Of a stretch of DNA of 64,000 bases, positions 23,401 to 36,800 are shown one piece after another. The stretch is taken from assembly GCA_035084275.1 (NCBI GenBank), contig CM068747.1:23560001-23624000 (forward strand), given 5' to 3'. How positions within the stretch are numbered: position 1 is the first letter of the stretch; every line of letters begins with the position of its first letter. The translations under genes were made by a program, and so were the position numbers. This stretch comes from Hydrolagus colliei. Taxonomy: Eukaryota. The notes under the pieces were generated by a model. The model worked only from the letters and a program-made list of their open reading frames with translations, was not told the DNA's origin and did no database searches.

Positions 23401-25079
23401 GGCTTTCATTTGAGTCTTGTTAGCGAAGTAAACTAAAATAGTGAGTTAACAAGGATAAAATCAGAATACAATGTTCTTATAGCCTAAAATCAGCAGTACA
23501 TGAAGAGTGAACATTGATTTAAACAACTGAGTATTTGATAAGCTGTAATAAAATTTAGGTGGCTTATATTACCTCAATATCTCTGCATTGAGGTAAACAT
23601 ATCCTCTAAAAGCTTTTCTATTTACTACATCTTCTTTTATCCACTTCCATTTTATAAACAATTGCTATCACATTTTGAGTGTAGTGCCACAAGTTTTTCA
23701 CTGTAAAAAGAAATGTCTATGTGCCAAATTCCACCTGAAAACTCTTGAGACATCAAAACATAACTGCTGACTGGCTACTACAATATTTTATGTAAATGTG
23801 CACAGGTTTGAGTAATCAATGTTGTAGCAATATTTACATGGTAACAAAAGCAGTTGGTTGGAATGGATTTATTGCACTGTACATTGCTTGGATTGTCAAG
23901 TAGCAAACACTACTGCACAGCACACTAATGTTCTCTTATTGCCAGCTATTAGTACTGTATATCACAGTGCTGTGGATCTAACCCAAGGGTACAATGAACA
24001 GTCATGTAACACATCTCTGGCCATGTATCTGGTTTCTGGAGAGATTAAACAAACAACCATAAGAGTGAATGTTTAGTATCAATCTTGAGTCAGCTGTTTA
24101 ACATTGAAAATAAGCTGCGAACATATACAATTGCGTATGTATCTTTGCATGGCAGTGATCGAGGTGCTATATAATAGCATTTTATGTGTTCCCCAGTGAG
24201 AGATGTTATGTGTGGCAATGAGATTAATAAAAAGCAATTGAATGCCTACCGCCATCAAAACTTTTACTGAACATTAAGGAGGTGAGTAAAGAACAGATGT
24301 AATCATTGCAAATGTACAAAACTATTTTGAGGTAAGATTCTTCTACAATTATTGCACACGACCAGGAATTCTTTTCATTAATAATTTCCAACTGACGACT
24401 GTAAGTTTTACTGAGAAATCAGCGGGAGGTTATAACATTCAGATCTGCTTTGGAATACACTGCACAGTAAGATTCATGCCTGTTAATCAATCTATAGTTT
24501 CCCTTTTATCGACCCACTTTATAGATTATAATTCTGTGTTACTCTGTTTCAAGTGATACTGTATCTCAACAGACTCATTGCTAAGTTACCCCCATTACTC
24601 TGTCCACATAGAGGATTTTTCTCAACCCAAATGAGTACCAGTACTAAATAATTGAGTGGCAAAATGTTCTTCAGCAAAGAAGAATGAAAATTAAAAACTG
24701 TTTGCATTCGTTCCATCCATATTTACTGTGAAGAGAAATACGTCATTCATTTTTAAAATTACATCTTTCTAATAGTAACAGCAACACAACAGTTCACATA
24801 ACAGTGACACAATTTGAAATATAGTATTATTGTAATAATAATAATTCTTGCATTTGTGCTTAAGATAAATTTCATTTTTATTTGTCGGGTATAATAGAAC
24901 TAATGGTATGAGGATATTTGCTTTGGAAGGAGTATAATTTAAGTCACATATACAAAGAGTTCAACCAACATAACATAATCCTATAGAATCATTTTCAATT
25001 TATAGTGTCTACATTGTGATCCATCAGAGAATTGGGATTTCCAGGTCATATGAGAGAATCACATCTTAGATTATCGCAA

Positions 25080-25382
25080 TAACAATTCTTGCATTTGATA
25101 TGGTGTTTTTCACATCTTCTAGATGTCTCAAAGTGCTTCACAGGATTCCACTGAAAAGTGAATTCACTTTATTTGTTTGTTGTGGATGAAATGCAGTAGC
25201 CAATTGTGCACAGCAGTGTGCCACAACAGTCGTGGATTGAAATGACCAATTTACTGTTTTTTTTTAGAGGGATTATTATCAGGTGTGCGGAGTAAGGAAA
25301 CTTGCCTAAGGTTTCACCCTACCTAGAATTGAACACAGGTCTCTCTCAAGGCGAGTGCTGAACCACTGAGCTACAGGACTCC
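25080..25382 (-). mobile_element. tRNA-derived SINE, near full length
   Basis: Reverse complement of the 6249-6549 family, with head GGAGTCCTGTAGCTCAGTGG. Confidence 0.85.
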
Positions 25383-25649
25383 ATGGGTTTCCTGTTGCTT
25401 TCTTCTCAAAAGTCGCTCTGTGTGGATGTTACAATTGATATAAATGAAATAATATCTGGGTGTTATCGCGCTCTGGGAACCGGCTCCTAGTTGATAACAA
25501 GAAACGCCAGAGATGCAGGATTTCCAAATGTCATACAGTTGGGGTCCCCCCCCCACTTGGCGGAAGGTGTCACTTCTCATTAATAAAAAATAAACTAACT
25601 GACGAGGACATTCAGCAAGAAATAACCCTATTTTATAGGTATGTGCAAA

Positions 25650-25772
25650 TCAACCAACCAACCAATTAATCAATAAATCAACCAACATTCAACTAACCAA
25701 CCAACCAATTAATTGATCAATCAACCAATGAACAATCAATCAATAAACCAACCAACCAATCAATCAATCAAC
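25650..25772. repeat. (CAAC/CAAT)n microsatellite; also (CTAA)n 26761-26806, (TG)n 26905-26980, (CT)n(AT)n 33815-33870
   Basis: Seen directly in the sequence. Confidence 0.9.
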
Positions 25773-27174
25773 TGTACACTATATCTTTCTCTGTATCTCT
25801 CTCTATCGATCTCCCTCTCCACCTATCCAATATATGAGTACAAGTGCTTTACTGAACAGTAACATTGACATGCCGCTGTTCAACTGCTGATGGTGGTTTC
25901 CTGAATGAATTGAATGAATGAACGAACAAACAGCGATTCAAAAGAAAAGGCAGATTATAGCTACACACCGTTGCCCAGTCTGTGAAATAAATACTGGATT
26001 AGGCAGGTCAACCCTCCAGGAACACTCTCTGTGTAACAGAGAGACGAGGCACACACGTCCACCCCACCCCCAGACCAGACACCACTAACACAGCAAAATG
26101 ATCAAAGGAGGGAGTGGTCCGCGCCTGTCTGTTATCCTGATCATGGGAGACCTGTCTCCATCACAGCACTCAGGGTCCTGCACAGGATGGATGGATGGGT
26201 TCAAACGCCATGGATTGTGTGTGTGTGTGTGTTTTTGCTGTGTGTGTGGGAAAAGGAAAATGCGATTCGCAAACGATTCGCAATGTAAGGCGTTCACAAA
26301 AGCAATCGTGTCCCGACTGAGCTCTCTGTGTCTTTTACACACACACACACACACACAACACACTTACAGTTTTACAGCAGGGCTGCGGGACTGCAATGAA
26401 TAGTCTGAATGACTGTGAAAAAAAAATTCTCTGAATGTCTTTGAATTACGGTTCTCTGAATGACTGGAAACATCCTCTGAATGGCTTTGAAATTGGGTTT
26501 GTCCGAATGACTCGAAGCCTCACCCAATGAATGACTGAAGTCGTCTGAATGACTGTGAAATAATACACTGAGTTCCCCCCCCCCCCCCACCCCCCAACAC
26601 ACACACACCAACAGTTTCACCAGCGACGCTTTACAAACAAACAAAGGTTAAACAGGGCAAGTATATGTTTGACGTTCAATTCCAGTTCATTTATTTCTGT
26701 GGCTGTTAAGACTGTGCTTTACAAACATCCTTTTAGTCGTGGAGTTGTAGTTCACTTCGACTAACTAGCTAACTAACTAACTACACTAACTAACTAACTA
26801 ACTAACCGCGTGTCAGTGTGAAATGCATGTTCCTATTCTGATGAAGCAATAATGGGTTAAGAACCTCTCATCTTTCAGAGACTCAGTGAATCCACCTCTT
26901 CAGTGCAGTGTGTATGTGAGTGTGTGTGTGTATGTGAGTGTGTGTGTGTGTGTATGTGAGTGTGTGTGTGTGTGTATATATGTGACTGACTGACTGATGC
27001 ACATTCATTGCAAAAACACTGTGTGTCGGGTTGCATGGGTTTAATGGTACCCGGGTAAGGAAACACAAGCGAGATCGCTCACTCTCCTTTGCGAAGAGAA
27101 GCAGAAGCCACAGGGCGACCACATAACGCACACTACAGTACAACACAGCAACAACAAACCAGCAAAAAAAAAGG

Positions 27175-28468
27175 TGGGGGGAGGAGAGGGGGGGGAGAGG
27201 GGGTGAGAGGGGGGGGGGGAGGGAGGAGGGGGGGAGTGGGGTGGAAGGGCGGGGAGGGGGGGAGAGTGGAGGGGGGGCGAAGGGCGGGGGGAAGGGCGGG
27301 GAGGGGGGGGAGAGTGGAGGGGGAGGGGGGGGCGGCGGGGGGAGGGGGGGGCGGGCGGGGGGGAGGGGGGGCGGGCGGGGGGAGGGGGGGGCGGGCGGGG
27401 GAGGGGGGGCGGGCGGGGGGGGTGAGAGAGTGGAGGGGGAGGGGGGGGTGAGAGTGGAGGGGGGGGAGAGTGGAGGGGGGGTGAGAATGGAGGGGGGTGA
27501 GAATGGAGGGGGGGGGGAGGGGGGGAGAGTGGAGGGGGGGGGGGGGAGGGGGGAGAGTGGAGGGGGGGGAGGGGGTGAGAGGGGGGAGGGGGTGAGAGGG
27601 GGGAGGGGGGGGAGGGGGGTGAGGGGGGTGAGAGGGGGAGGGGGGTGAGAGGGGGAGGGGGGGTGAGAGGGTGAGGGGGGTGAGAGGGGGAGGGGGGAGG
27701 GGGAGGGGGGTGAGAGGGGGAGGGGGGTGAGAGGGGGAGGGGGGTGAGAGGGGGAGGGGGGAGGGGGGTGAGAGGGGGAGGGGGGGAGGGGGGTGAGAGG
27801 GGAGGGGGGTGAGAGGGGGAGGGGGGTGAGAGGGGGAGGGGGGTGAGAGGGGGAGGGGGGTGAGAGGGGGAGGGGGGTGAGAGGGTGAGAGGGGGAGGGG
27901 GGTGAGTGGAGGGGGAGGGGGGGGAGAGGGGGAGAGTGGAGGGGGAGGGGGGGGAGAGGGGGAGAGTGGAGGGGGAGGGGGGGTGAGAGGGGGAGGGGGG
28001 GGAGAGGGGGAGGGGGGGGAGAGGGGGAGGGGGGAGAGTGGAGGGAGGGGGAGAGTGGAGGGGGGGTGGGTGAGTGGAGGGGGGGGGGTGAGTGGAGGGG
28101 GGGGGGTGAGTGGAGGGGGGGGGGTGAGTGGAGGGGGGGGGGTGAGTGGAGGGGGGGGGTGAGTGGAGGGGGGGGGGTGAGTGGAGGGGGGGGTGAGTGG
28201 AGGGGGGGGGAGAGTGGATGGGGGTGAGAGTGGAGGGGGGGGGAGAGTGGATAGGGGTGAGAGTGGAGGGGGGGGGGGAGGGGGTGAGAGGGAGGGGGGT
28301 GAGAGGGGGGGGGGAGAGGGGGTGAGAGGGGGGGGGGAGAGGGGGTGAGAGAGTGGGGGGGGAGAGTGGGGGGGGGGGAGGGAGGGGGGGGGGGGGAGAG
28401 GGGGTGAGAGAGTGGAGGGGTGGGGGAGGGGCGTGAGAGTGGATGGAGGGGGTGAGAGAGTGGGGGGC
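27175..28468 (+). repeat. 1.3-kb G-rich polypurine tandem repeat (GGGGGTGAGA / GAGTGGAGGGGG units)
   Basis: Seen directly; almost only G and A on the plus strand. Confidence 0.95.
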
Positions 28469-29179
28469 TCGAGTCTCAAACGCTTGAAGTTACACTCCTT
28501 GTGGAAATCACTGCGTGTCGGGGCCAGTTAATAAAGCATTGATTTCACCGCGACATTCATTCTCAGGACTGGGTTGTGTGAATTGAGTCTCACTTGGCAC
28601 CAAACTGGTTAAAACTCTGTGCTCGTCCCTTTAACAAGCAATGCACTCAATACGTACAGGAAACTGTAAAGAAATCAGCTGTGATGTGTTTTCACAGTAA
28701 TAATCGTTAATATTTTCATAAAACACAATTTTTATTTTAAAAAATTTTGGGGGGTGGATTAGAATGCTTCTCAGAGGTGCAGTACTTATCTCAGCCCTGG
28801 TCTGTAACTGTGACCCAAATATCCATCCAAAAGACCCAAAACACGCCGAGTAGCCACTGACACCTTTCACGTTTTTAATTTCACTCTTATTTCAAACGAT
28901 GCTGCAAATACAGGAAGCAGCAGTAGCTGAAGGAGGGTTTCTGCGATTGAAATGACATCAAATCCTCGGTGGCAGACTAGATTCCGTATGAAATGCATCC
29001 TCATTATTATTATTTTTTTTTGGGGGGTGATTTTTTAATGATTTTAACCCCCTCGTCTCAAATTGCATTGTGTTATTATTCTTGCATTTTTTTTTAATGT
29101 TTTTTTCCTGCCCCCCCCCCCCCCCCCCCCACCACAAAAAAACACGCATGTTGCAAAGACTACATACATAATGGAATAT

Positions 29180-29727
29180 NNNNNNNNNNNNNNNNNNNNN
29201 NNNNNNNNNNNNNNNNNNNNNNNNNNNNNNNNNNNNNNNNNNNNNNNNNNNNNNNNNNNNNNNNNNNNNNNNNNNNNNNNNNNNNNNNNNNNNNNNNNNN
29301 NNNNNNNNNNNNNNNNNNNNNNNNNNNNNNNNNNNNNNNNNNNNNNNNNNNNNNNNNNNNNNNNNNNNNNNNNNNNNNNNNNNNNNNNNNNNNNNNNNNN
29401 NNNNNNNNNNNNNNNNNNNNNNNNNNNNNNNNNNNNNNNNNNNNNNNNNNNNNNNNNNNNNNNNNNNNNNNNNNNNNNNNNNNNNNNNNNNNNNNNNNNN
29501 NNNNNNNNNNNNNNNNNNNNNNNNNNNNNNNNNNNNNNNNNNNNNNNNNNNNNNNNNNNNNNNNNNNNNNNNNNNNNNACACTCACATATANNNNNNNNN
29601 NNNNNNNNNNNNNNNNNNNNNNNNNNNNNNNNNNNNNNNNNNNNNNNNNNNNNNNNNNNNNNNNNNNNNNNNNNNNNNNNNNNNNNNNNNNNNNNNNNNN
29701 NNNNNNNNNNNNNNNNNNNNNNNNNNN
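29180..29727. other. Assembly gaps (N 29180-29578 and 29592-29727)
   Basis: Runs of N separated by a 13-nt island. Confidence 1.
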
Positions 29728-29759
29728 TAGAATTAGACGTCTACGGCAATAAACAGTGT

Positions 29760-29952
29760 GTGTCTCTCTCTCTCTCTACGTCAGTGGTGTTCCTATGAGG
29801 ATCCGACACTTTATCTGTCATTATTGGCCGTTCCTTATTACGGCAGCATCAGCAGTCTGAGTCCTTTGCAAGACAGCGAGCAAATCCTTACCAAGCTGGC
29901 ATCTATTTTTTTTTCTTTCAGGCTGGGGAGAGAGGGAGAGAGAGAGAGAGAG

Positions 29953-29988
<36 letters not shown>

Positions 29989-30372
29989 CAACCAAGATGC
30001 ATCTCAGAGCAGCAATTTCACATCAACCCTAAGTAGCAAATCGTTTCACCCAGAAGTTGTACCAATTTATCGTTTCCAAGGCTTTCAAGAAGCGTTGCAG
30101 CCTGGCGACCAAACGGATTCACTCAACCTTCTTGACCTACTGCAAGAAGGTAACCATGTTAGACTGATGGTAGGCGCAAGTCTCTCTTAATTCCCTTCCT
30201 CCCCCTCACCCCCCACCCCAACCATCCTACCCCAACCATCCTACCCCCTCTACCCCCATCCTACCCTTGGCACGTTTGCTCAATGATGCTCTGATAAATG
30301 GGATAGATCTATGATTCTTTAAACTGCCCCCCCACACCCCCACCCACCCCCCTTCCCACCCCTCCACCCCAG
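29760..30372 (+). promoter_or_regulatory. Putative pde11a promoter, 5'UTR exon and short 5'UTR intron (30150-30372)
   Basis: Donor AAG|GTAACC at 30149/30150 and C-rich acceptor CCACCCCAG| at 30372, 88 nt before the ATG; CRE half-site TACGTCA near 29777; GA microsatellite 29925-29990. Confidence 0.45.
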
Positions 30373-30460
30373 GATTTCTCCAAGTTGTTTGTGCAGACAG
30401 ACAGACAAGACACAGACACAGACATTGACAAGATAGGACGAGACCAGACCAGACAAAGCC

Positions 30461-31285
30461 ATGTCCAGAACAGCCAAACTCGACTTTTCCGAGGTGGAAA
30501 CTTTTCTGGATAATCACCCGGAGCTTTTCGAAGATTACCTGCTGAGGAAAGGGACAGCCAGCGCCGTGCAGAAGTGGCTCACACGGCATCACCATCCCAC
30601 CCCAACCCTAACCCCCCCACCCCCGCCGCCGGCCGCCACCCCCAGCCCAGAGGACAAGCCCCAGGGCGCCTCCACCAAGGAGTGTTGGGCCACCAGGGGG
30701 GACGGGCTGCAGAGGAGACCCTCGCAGAAAGAACTCAGGAAAACTTTCGCCAGGTCCAAAGCCTTGACTGTCAACAGGACGTACGACGAGCACGTGAACT
30801 CCAGAGACAAGGAGCCTCTGTCCAGCATGAGGAGGAGAGCCCTGTTGAGGAAGGCGAGCTCCTTGCCCCCGACCACAGCTCACATCCTGAGCGCCTTGCT
30901 GGAATCTCGGGTCAACATCCCCCAATACGCCTCCAGGGCCATCGACTACAAGTACAAAGTCAAGGACACCACCAACGAGAGGGATTTCTTCCTGGAGCTG
31001 GTCAAGGATATCTCCAATGACTTGGACCTGACCAGCCTGAGCTACAAGATACTGATCTTTGTCTGTATCCTGGTGGACGCCGACCGGTGTTCCCTGTTCC
31101 TGGTGGAGGGCACCGCCAACAAGAAGACTCTGGTATCCAAATTCTTCGACGTCCACGCGGGCACCACCGTGCTGCCCTCCTCCAGCGCGGAGAACTCCAA
31201 CGAGGTGCAGGTGCCATGGGGCAAAGGGATCATCGGGTATGTGGCTGAACATGGAGAGACGGTCAATATCCCTGATGCTTATCAG
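30461..31285 (+). CDS. pde11a: Dual 3',5'-cyclic nucleotide phosphodiesterase 11A, first coding exon of the long (PDE11A4-type) isoform; N-terminus and start of GAF-A
   Basis: MSRTAKLDFSEVETFLDNHPELFEDYLLRKG...RRPSQKELRKTFARSKA...RRRALLRKASSLPPTTAHILSALLESRVN...DADRCSLFLV...VPWGKGIIGYVAEHGETVNIPDAYQ |GTAAGC; 825 nt, phase 0. Confidence 0.96.
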
Positions 31286-33811
31286 GTAAGCAATTGCCAT
31301 CCCCCCCCCCACCCTTTCCCCTCTCTCTCTTTCCCCCCACCCCCGACACACACATACTTAAAACACAACCCCTCCCACGCCCCTCTCTCTCTCTGGCTCT
31401 CTCCTCCCCCCCCCTCCCCAACACACACACACATACTTAAAACACAATCCCCCCCCTGACATTCCTAGTTCTTATTTTGTGGTGTTAAAGTGTGGATATG
31501 AAACAGTTCTAAGCCAATATATACATATAGTTATAGATACAGTGTTTTATATATTATAATATAGGTTATGTATGTGCTGTAAGATTCTATGGGGTAGGGG
31601 GGGATGTGAAGCTAAATCAACTTCTCTGCTAAGTGTAAAAGCTTTTTGACGGCAACTTTCTGCTGCCCATTTGAAGTGTTCCTCAGGAATACGAGACATG
31701 TTTTCATCCGATGGTGGTTTGCTCTTGACAGAACACGAAAATCAACTCGCACTCAACCCCCTTTGTTGCAACTATGCGATCTGGTCGACGGGGAATTTCA
31801 CAGATCACATAAAGAGAGATCATGTTTCATCTTCATCGCCAGGGTTTTTAATTTTTCAGCCACCCGAGCTGTGTGCACTGCTCCCTGGCGAGATGACGAA
31901 TGAAATGATCCAAGTATTTGCCAAGATTCCAGTCCTACTTCACGTTGTGGGGGGTAAAAAACAAATGGGGGGGAAATCAGACAATAAATGGCGACAATCT
32001 GGATTCCAATTAGAAAAACAAGGGCCAAATTCTCAATGAATGATGTGTGAGTGATATTTGAATTGATATGTATATATATAATAATAATATATATATATAT
32101 ATATATTGACCAACCCCCCTCCTAAAATCCAATTGGATTTCCCATGGATAAAATTGACAAAGATAATCCTCACTGCTTTTCTTCTTTATTGTTTTTGGTG
32201 GGGGGGGGGGGGGGGAGAAAAAAACACCAGGAAGAAATTCAACACACAGCTTAACGTGGGTTGATCTTAATGAGAGTCTGATACATCGATGCATCGGGCA
32301 AACGGCTAATAGATTGGGAACAGAGGAAAAGAGTCGACAAAAACCCACCAAAACGCCCAGCAATGAATAATTTCTTCAGAGACTTAAACCACCAAGATGC
32401 GCCCCACACATCATTGTTCCTCATAATGAATGAAGTCGTTGGAAAGAAAAGGTTACAGAAGAAAAAATCTCACGCATTACACTACTCATTTGAGTCACGA
32501 TTTGGGGGCCTTGGCCAATAAATGGCTATCAGAATTGGAAGAATATGTCAGAAGGGTTGGATGGGAGGTGTGAGTTTGGAGAAAGGGAGATGGGGGGGGG
32601 ATGGAGGAAGGAAGGAAGGAAAGGAAGGTGTGGTTAGTCCAGGAATGCTATGAAGAGGTTCAACTGGAGAAGTGAGACACAATCCTATAGTTTCCTCATT
32701 GTCAATTGAATTCCGGTTCACAGAAAGGGAATTTAAAACAAATTAGGTGGGGTAATACACACTGGGCACAATGACTGGCGAGAAAGGGGTTAATCCACTC
32801 CCCAAATGATCTGTTCAAAACGAAATCTGGATGTCTAGACTGTTTAACGTTGGGCTGGTGACATCTGCTGAATTTAACTTTTGTGTGCTGCATTTTTGGC
32901 GAGCATTAAAAAAAATATTTAAAATATTTAGTTTATTAAATTTTGATTACATTAACATAAGTGGGGAGGGGGAAATTCAAACAAAAGAATTCTGCACAAA
33001 CCAATTCTGTATCACCCAAAATAACGTGCAATTGTTTTCTTCGATGATCCTTTAAAATAGATATTGTAACCGTTTATAACGTTTTGAGTGATCTCAGAGG
33101 TGCCAAATAGTTGAGAACATTCGTGCTATAAATTACCTTGAGTTGTGTTAACTAGTATTCTTCCAAGGGAAGGCACATTCCCTGTGAACTTGCTTTCATT
33201 TACTGCACTGCTGCACTGTGTGTGATCAATGCAATTCAGTAACCACACCATAAACAGTGATGTGTGTGTGTGACTCCTTAAGACCACGTTTAAAAGTTTA
33301 ACATTTAGTGCTAGTGCATATTTATTGACTGAATGATATTTGTTGAAAGGGATCCATTAGATTCTTAAATGTTCACAGATGGCACATATCAAAATAATTC
33401 CTGAGAACACAGCAAGGAAGCTGCAAAAATAAATACCATATGGAGCAAATGGCTTGCCTGAAATGTACAGCAACAAACCAACCCACATAATTGCCTCCAT
33501 CATTCTTTCCAATAATTTACCCACAGAGAGAAAGAAAGAGAGATCTTACCAGCAGGGGACGCTACAAAGTTATCTCCCCATCTGTGTGTCTAGGGGAAAA
33601 AAAACAATTTTACTACAATAAAAAAGTAAATATTTTGATTAGCTCATTGGTCCACATGCCAGTGTGGCATTTAATTTGATCTCCAATCCAGGTGGTTGCA
33701 TCTCATATCGAAATCACAGTGAATTTCAGTCCCACGCTTATTAATCGAAGTGATATTCACAGCAATTATTTTAACATAATCTAAATTTATCAATTATTGC
33801 ATCTATTTCTA

Positions 33812-33871
<60 letters not shown>

Positions 33872-36800
33872 CGTGCTGCATATTGCAGTTTTAGATGTTG
33901 GCATGATTTCATGCTAATAACATTTATATATTTTCATATCTGTATAATGTTTGCATATATTTCTACTCTATAAGCATTGAGCTGCCTCATGCATGTTTAG
34001 GTGCTGGCATGACAATCACAGCATTCATGTATTTTAATAACCTTACAGTTTCATACTTTGTAGTTTTTTTTACAATATTTGTAGAATTTGATGAATTTCA
34101 TTTAAATTTCTTGAGTGGATATAATTAATATTTCTATGTAAATTAGACCCATTTTAATGTTCCTTTTATTAGCCCTAATTTATTCCATCTTCTCTACCTG
34201 CCTTCTCACTAGCCCAGCCAAACATGGCAGGATGGCGCAGGAAACAGATTGTCCTCTTCGCACATGCTGTCAATGATATTCCTTGGATGAGTTAAGGAAG
34301 GGAAAAAAATTCCTTACATGGAATTGTCCACCACAAAAAGAGGCCTAATGAATCCACGCCAGTCTTAATACTCCCCATGATTCCCCATATTTCCTAATCT
34401 CCTTCCCCAAAACCTCTCTGTTCCATTGTCGATCAGATAGAATACCATTAGATCAAACAGTACTTCTTAATAATAATAATACTCCTTGCATTTGATATAG
34501 CCTTTTTCACATCTTATCAATGTCTCAAAGCGCTTCACAGAATATACTGTACTTCATCTACATATATATTGTGTCTGGTGTGCAAATTATTTACTGCCAG
34601 GTTTCTAAAGAGTTGAAATTAGGTTCCTTAATGATGAATACATTGTGATATCCGGGCATCAATTAAGAAAAGTATTACAATCCAGTTTGTACATCCAAAG
34701 CGATCCTATTCATTTCAAACTTCAGGCTTGCCTACAAAGTTTTGTGCTTGTTGTATTTTATGTGTTTTTATGGTGTTTCATTCACACCACGATCAAATAC
34801 TCTTTGTAATGAATAACTGGCTCTTTAAAGGGCATTATAAATGTTAAGAAATTTTAAGCGCATGTTTGATTGCTCCTCTGAATGAATCTTCAGTGGATTA
34901 GCGTTTGTTTGTGGGACACTTCTGTGCGCAATTGGCTGCCGCATTTCACCCACAAAACACCCAGTCAATTCACTTTACCATATATCCTGAGAAGGGATTT
35001 AAGATGTCTCAACAAAGTGATAAGGTGCTATAGCAAATGCAAGGATTATTATTATACATGTTAAAATTGTTTAACAAAAATTCAAGAGTGAAATGTTAAA
35101 ATAATAACTACCGATCGATCCCATTGATCTTTAAACACCATCAAAGGTTAAGAAACTCATAAAAGTTTTATGCTTGAGAAAAGCGTCTTAAAATTCCAAT
35201 AAATATTTGGGTTTTTGGTCTTAATTCGGATGGGTCCCTATCCCCCCGATCTGCTCAACTAAATTACCCTTAGCTAACTAGCTGTGGCCTAATCTCAGCA
35301 TCATCTTTATATAAATATACATTCAATTCACTGTATAGTATATTTCTGTGAAACACTTTGAGACATCTAGAAAACGTAAAAAGTGCTACATCAAATGCAA
35401 GGATTATTATTATTATAATTATTAAAGAGAAATACATAAAAGCAGAGGCTGCCATACATAATTCTTCACCTCCATTTCATTTTGGTGGGGGGCTCAGGAA
35501 AAGGCCTGTTTATAAGTAGTCTTGTCTTGCTTAACATGGTTACAGATTTTGCGTGTAACCATTGCTCTCCTATGTTCTTACTGCATCTGCCAGTACAAGT
35601 GAGGGTATTGATTAATATCACTTCGGTGTAAAGACTGAAGGATTAATCATCCAGGTTTTTTAATTATTTCAACCAGAATTCCCAAATCAGATGAGTTGGA
35701 TTTTGCGTAGCTTTCATTAAATTAGTTCGAAACCCAATGGAATTAGAGCCAAGCTAGAAGCATTGCTCCATTATCCAATGTGTTTTTTTTGCAATGGTAT
35801 TCATTCTTTTTGCTCAGAATAAGTTTGCAGCTGTATGGGAAGGGTTGCAGTTAATTTGTTTAAGAATATTTTGCTTTGTTATGGCCTATTCAATTGTTCC
35901 CTCACCATGATTCGCATTCTCTCATGCCAAGAAAAACAGGTTCCAACACCACAAAGCTAGGATGCTGTTTCACACATTTCAATGATATATTTCTCATTTG
36001 AAATAGAGTACAGTACTGTTACTCTCATTAAATAATAAAGCATTTGATTTGGAAAGTTTGCTGCAAAAGCAATCTAGATTTTTGCATCTGTAAGTAAAAC
36101 TACTCTGCATTAATTTACACAAATGGCATGATTTGCAAGCTGGGCAGTTCAAGAACAGTTTATAGATACCAACATAATTGTCAGCTTACAATATACATTC
36201 CAATTCCCTTTCTGAGTATAATGATAAAGGAAGTCTTGACTTGCTTTCCCAGTGTCTCAGTAGGTAACTGCACTGTGTGGTGCAATAGTGAACTATAAAG
36301 GGGAGGTCTGATTGTCTGTTCTGATTCAATTAATCTCAGCTGCAGATGGCATTTGTATTATAATTGTCCTTGTTGCCCTGTGCATGTGGGATAGCAGGGG
36401 AGAGAAACCAACTGATCCATTCTCCTAATGATCATTCAATAATTCCTCAGTAACCTTTGCGCCATTTCAAAACCGTTAAAACACTGGACTATTTACCTTT
36501 TTTCAATCAAAATGATCAAAGTCATTTTCAGCCCAGAGATTCAGCCCATTCATCTCCAATTTGCCATAAATGACCAATGGAAATATTTGGAATGGAATAA
36601 CACCACCTACAAGTCGCATTTTATTGTTGTGGTGGAGGTGAGATAAAAGCTGAGATTGTGAGCTGAGCTCAGAATGCAGTACAGTATTTATGAGCAGTCT
36701 GTTCAAAGGGATGGCTTTGGACAGAGCAAAGTCAAAGACCTCTCATCCAAGCAGCAGGCCTTGCTTTGTATTGACTGGGAGGAGAGTGGAGTATCATTGC

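Noticed and set aside
27133-28479. 448-aa proline-rich ORF and overlapping Gly-rich ORFs
   Set aside because: Translation of the G-rich tandem repeat, which lacks stops by composition; no splice or protein-family evidence.
29044-29752. ORFs containing long X runs
   Set aside because: They span assembly N gaps.
30227-31351. Antisense and alternative-frame ORFs over PDE11A exon 1, and likewise over RBM45 exon 1 (14253-15132)
   Set aside because: Shadow ORFs of GC-rich coding sequence.
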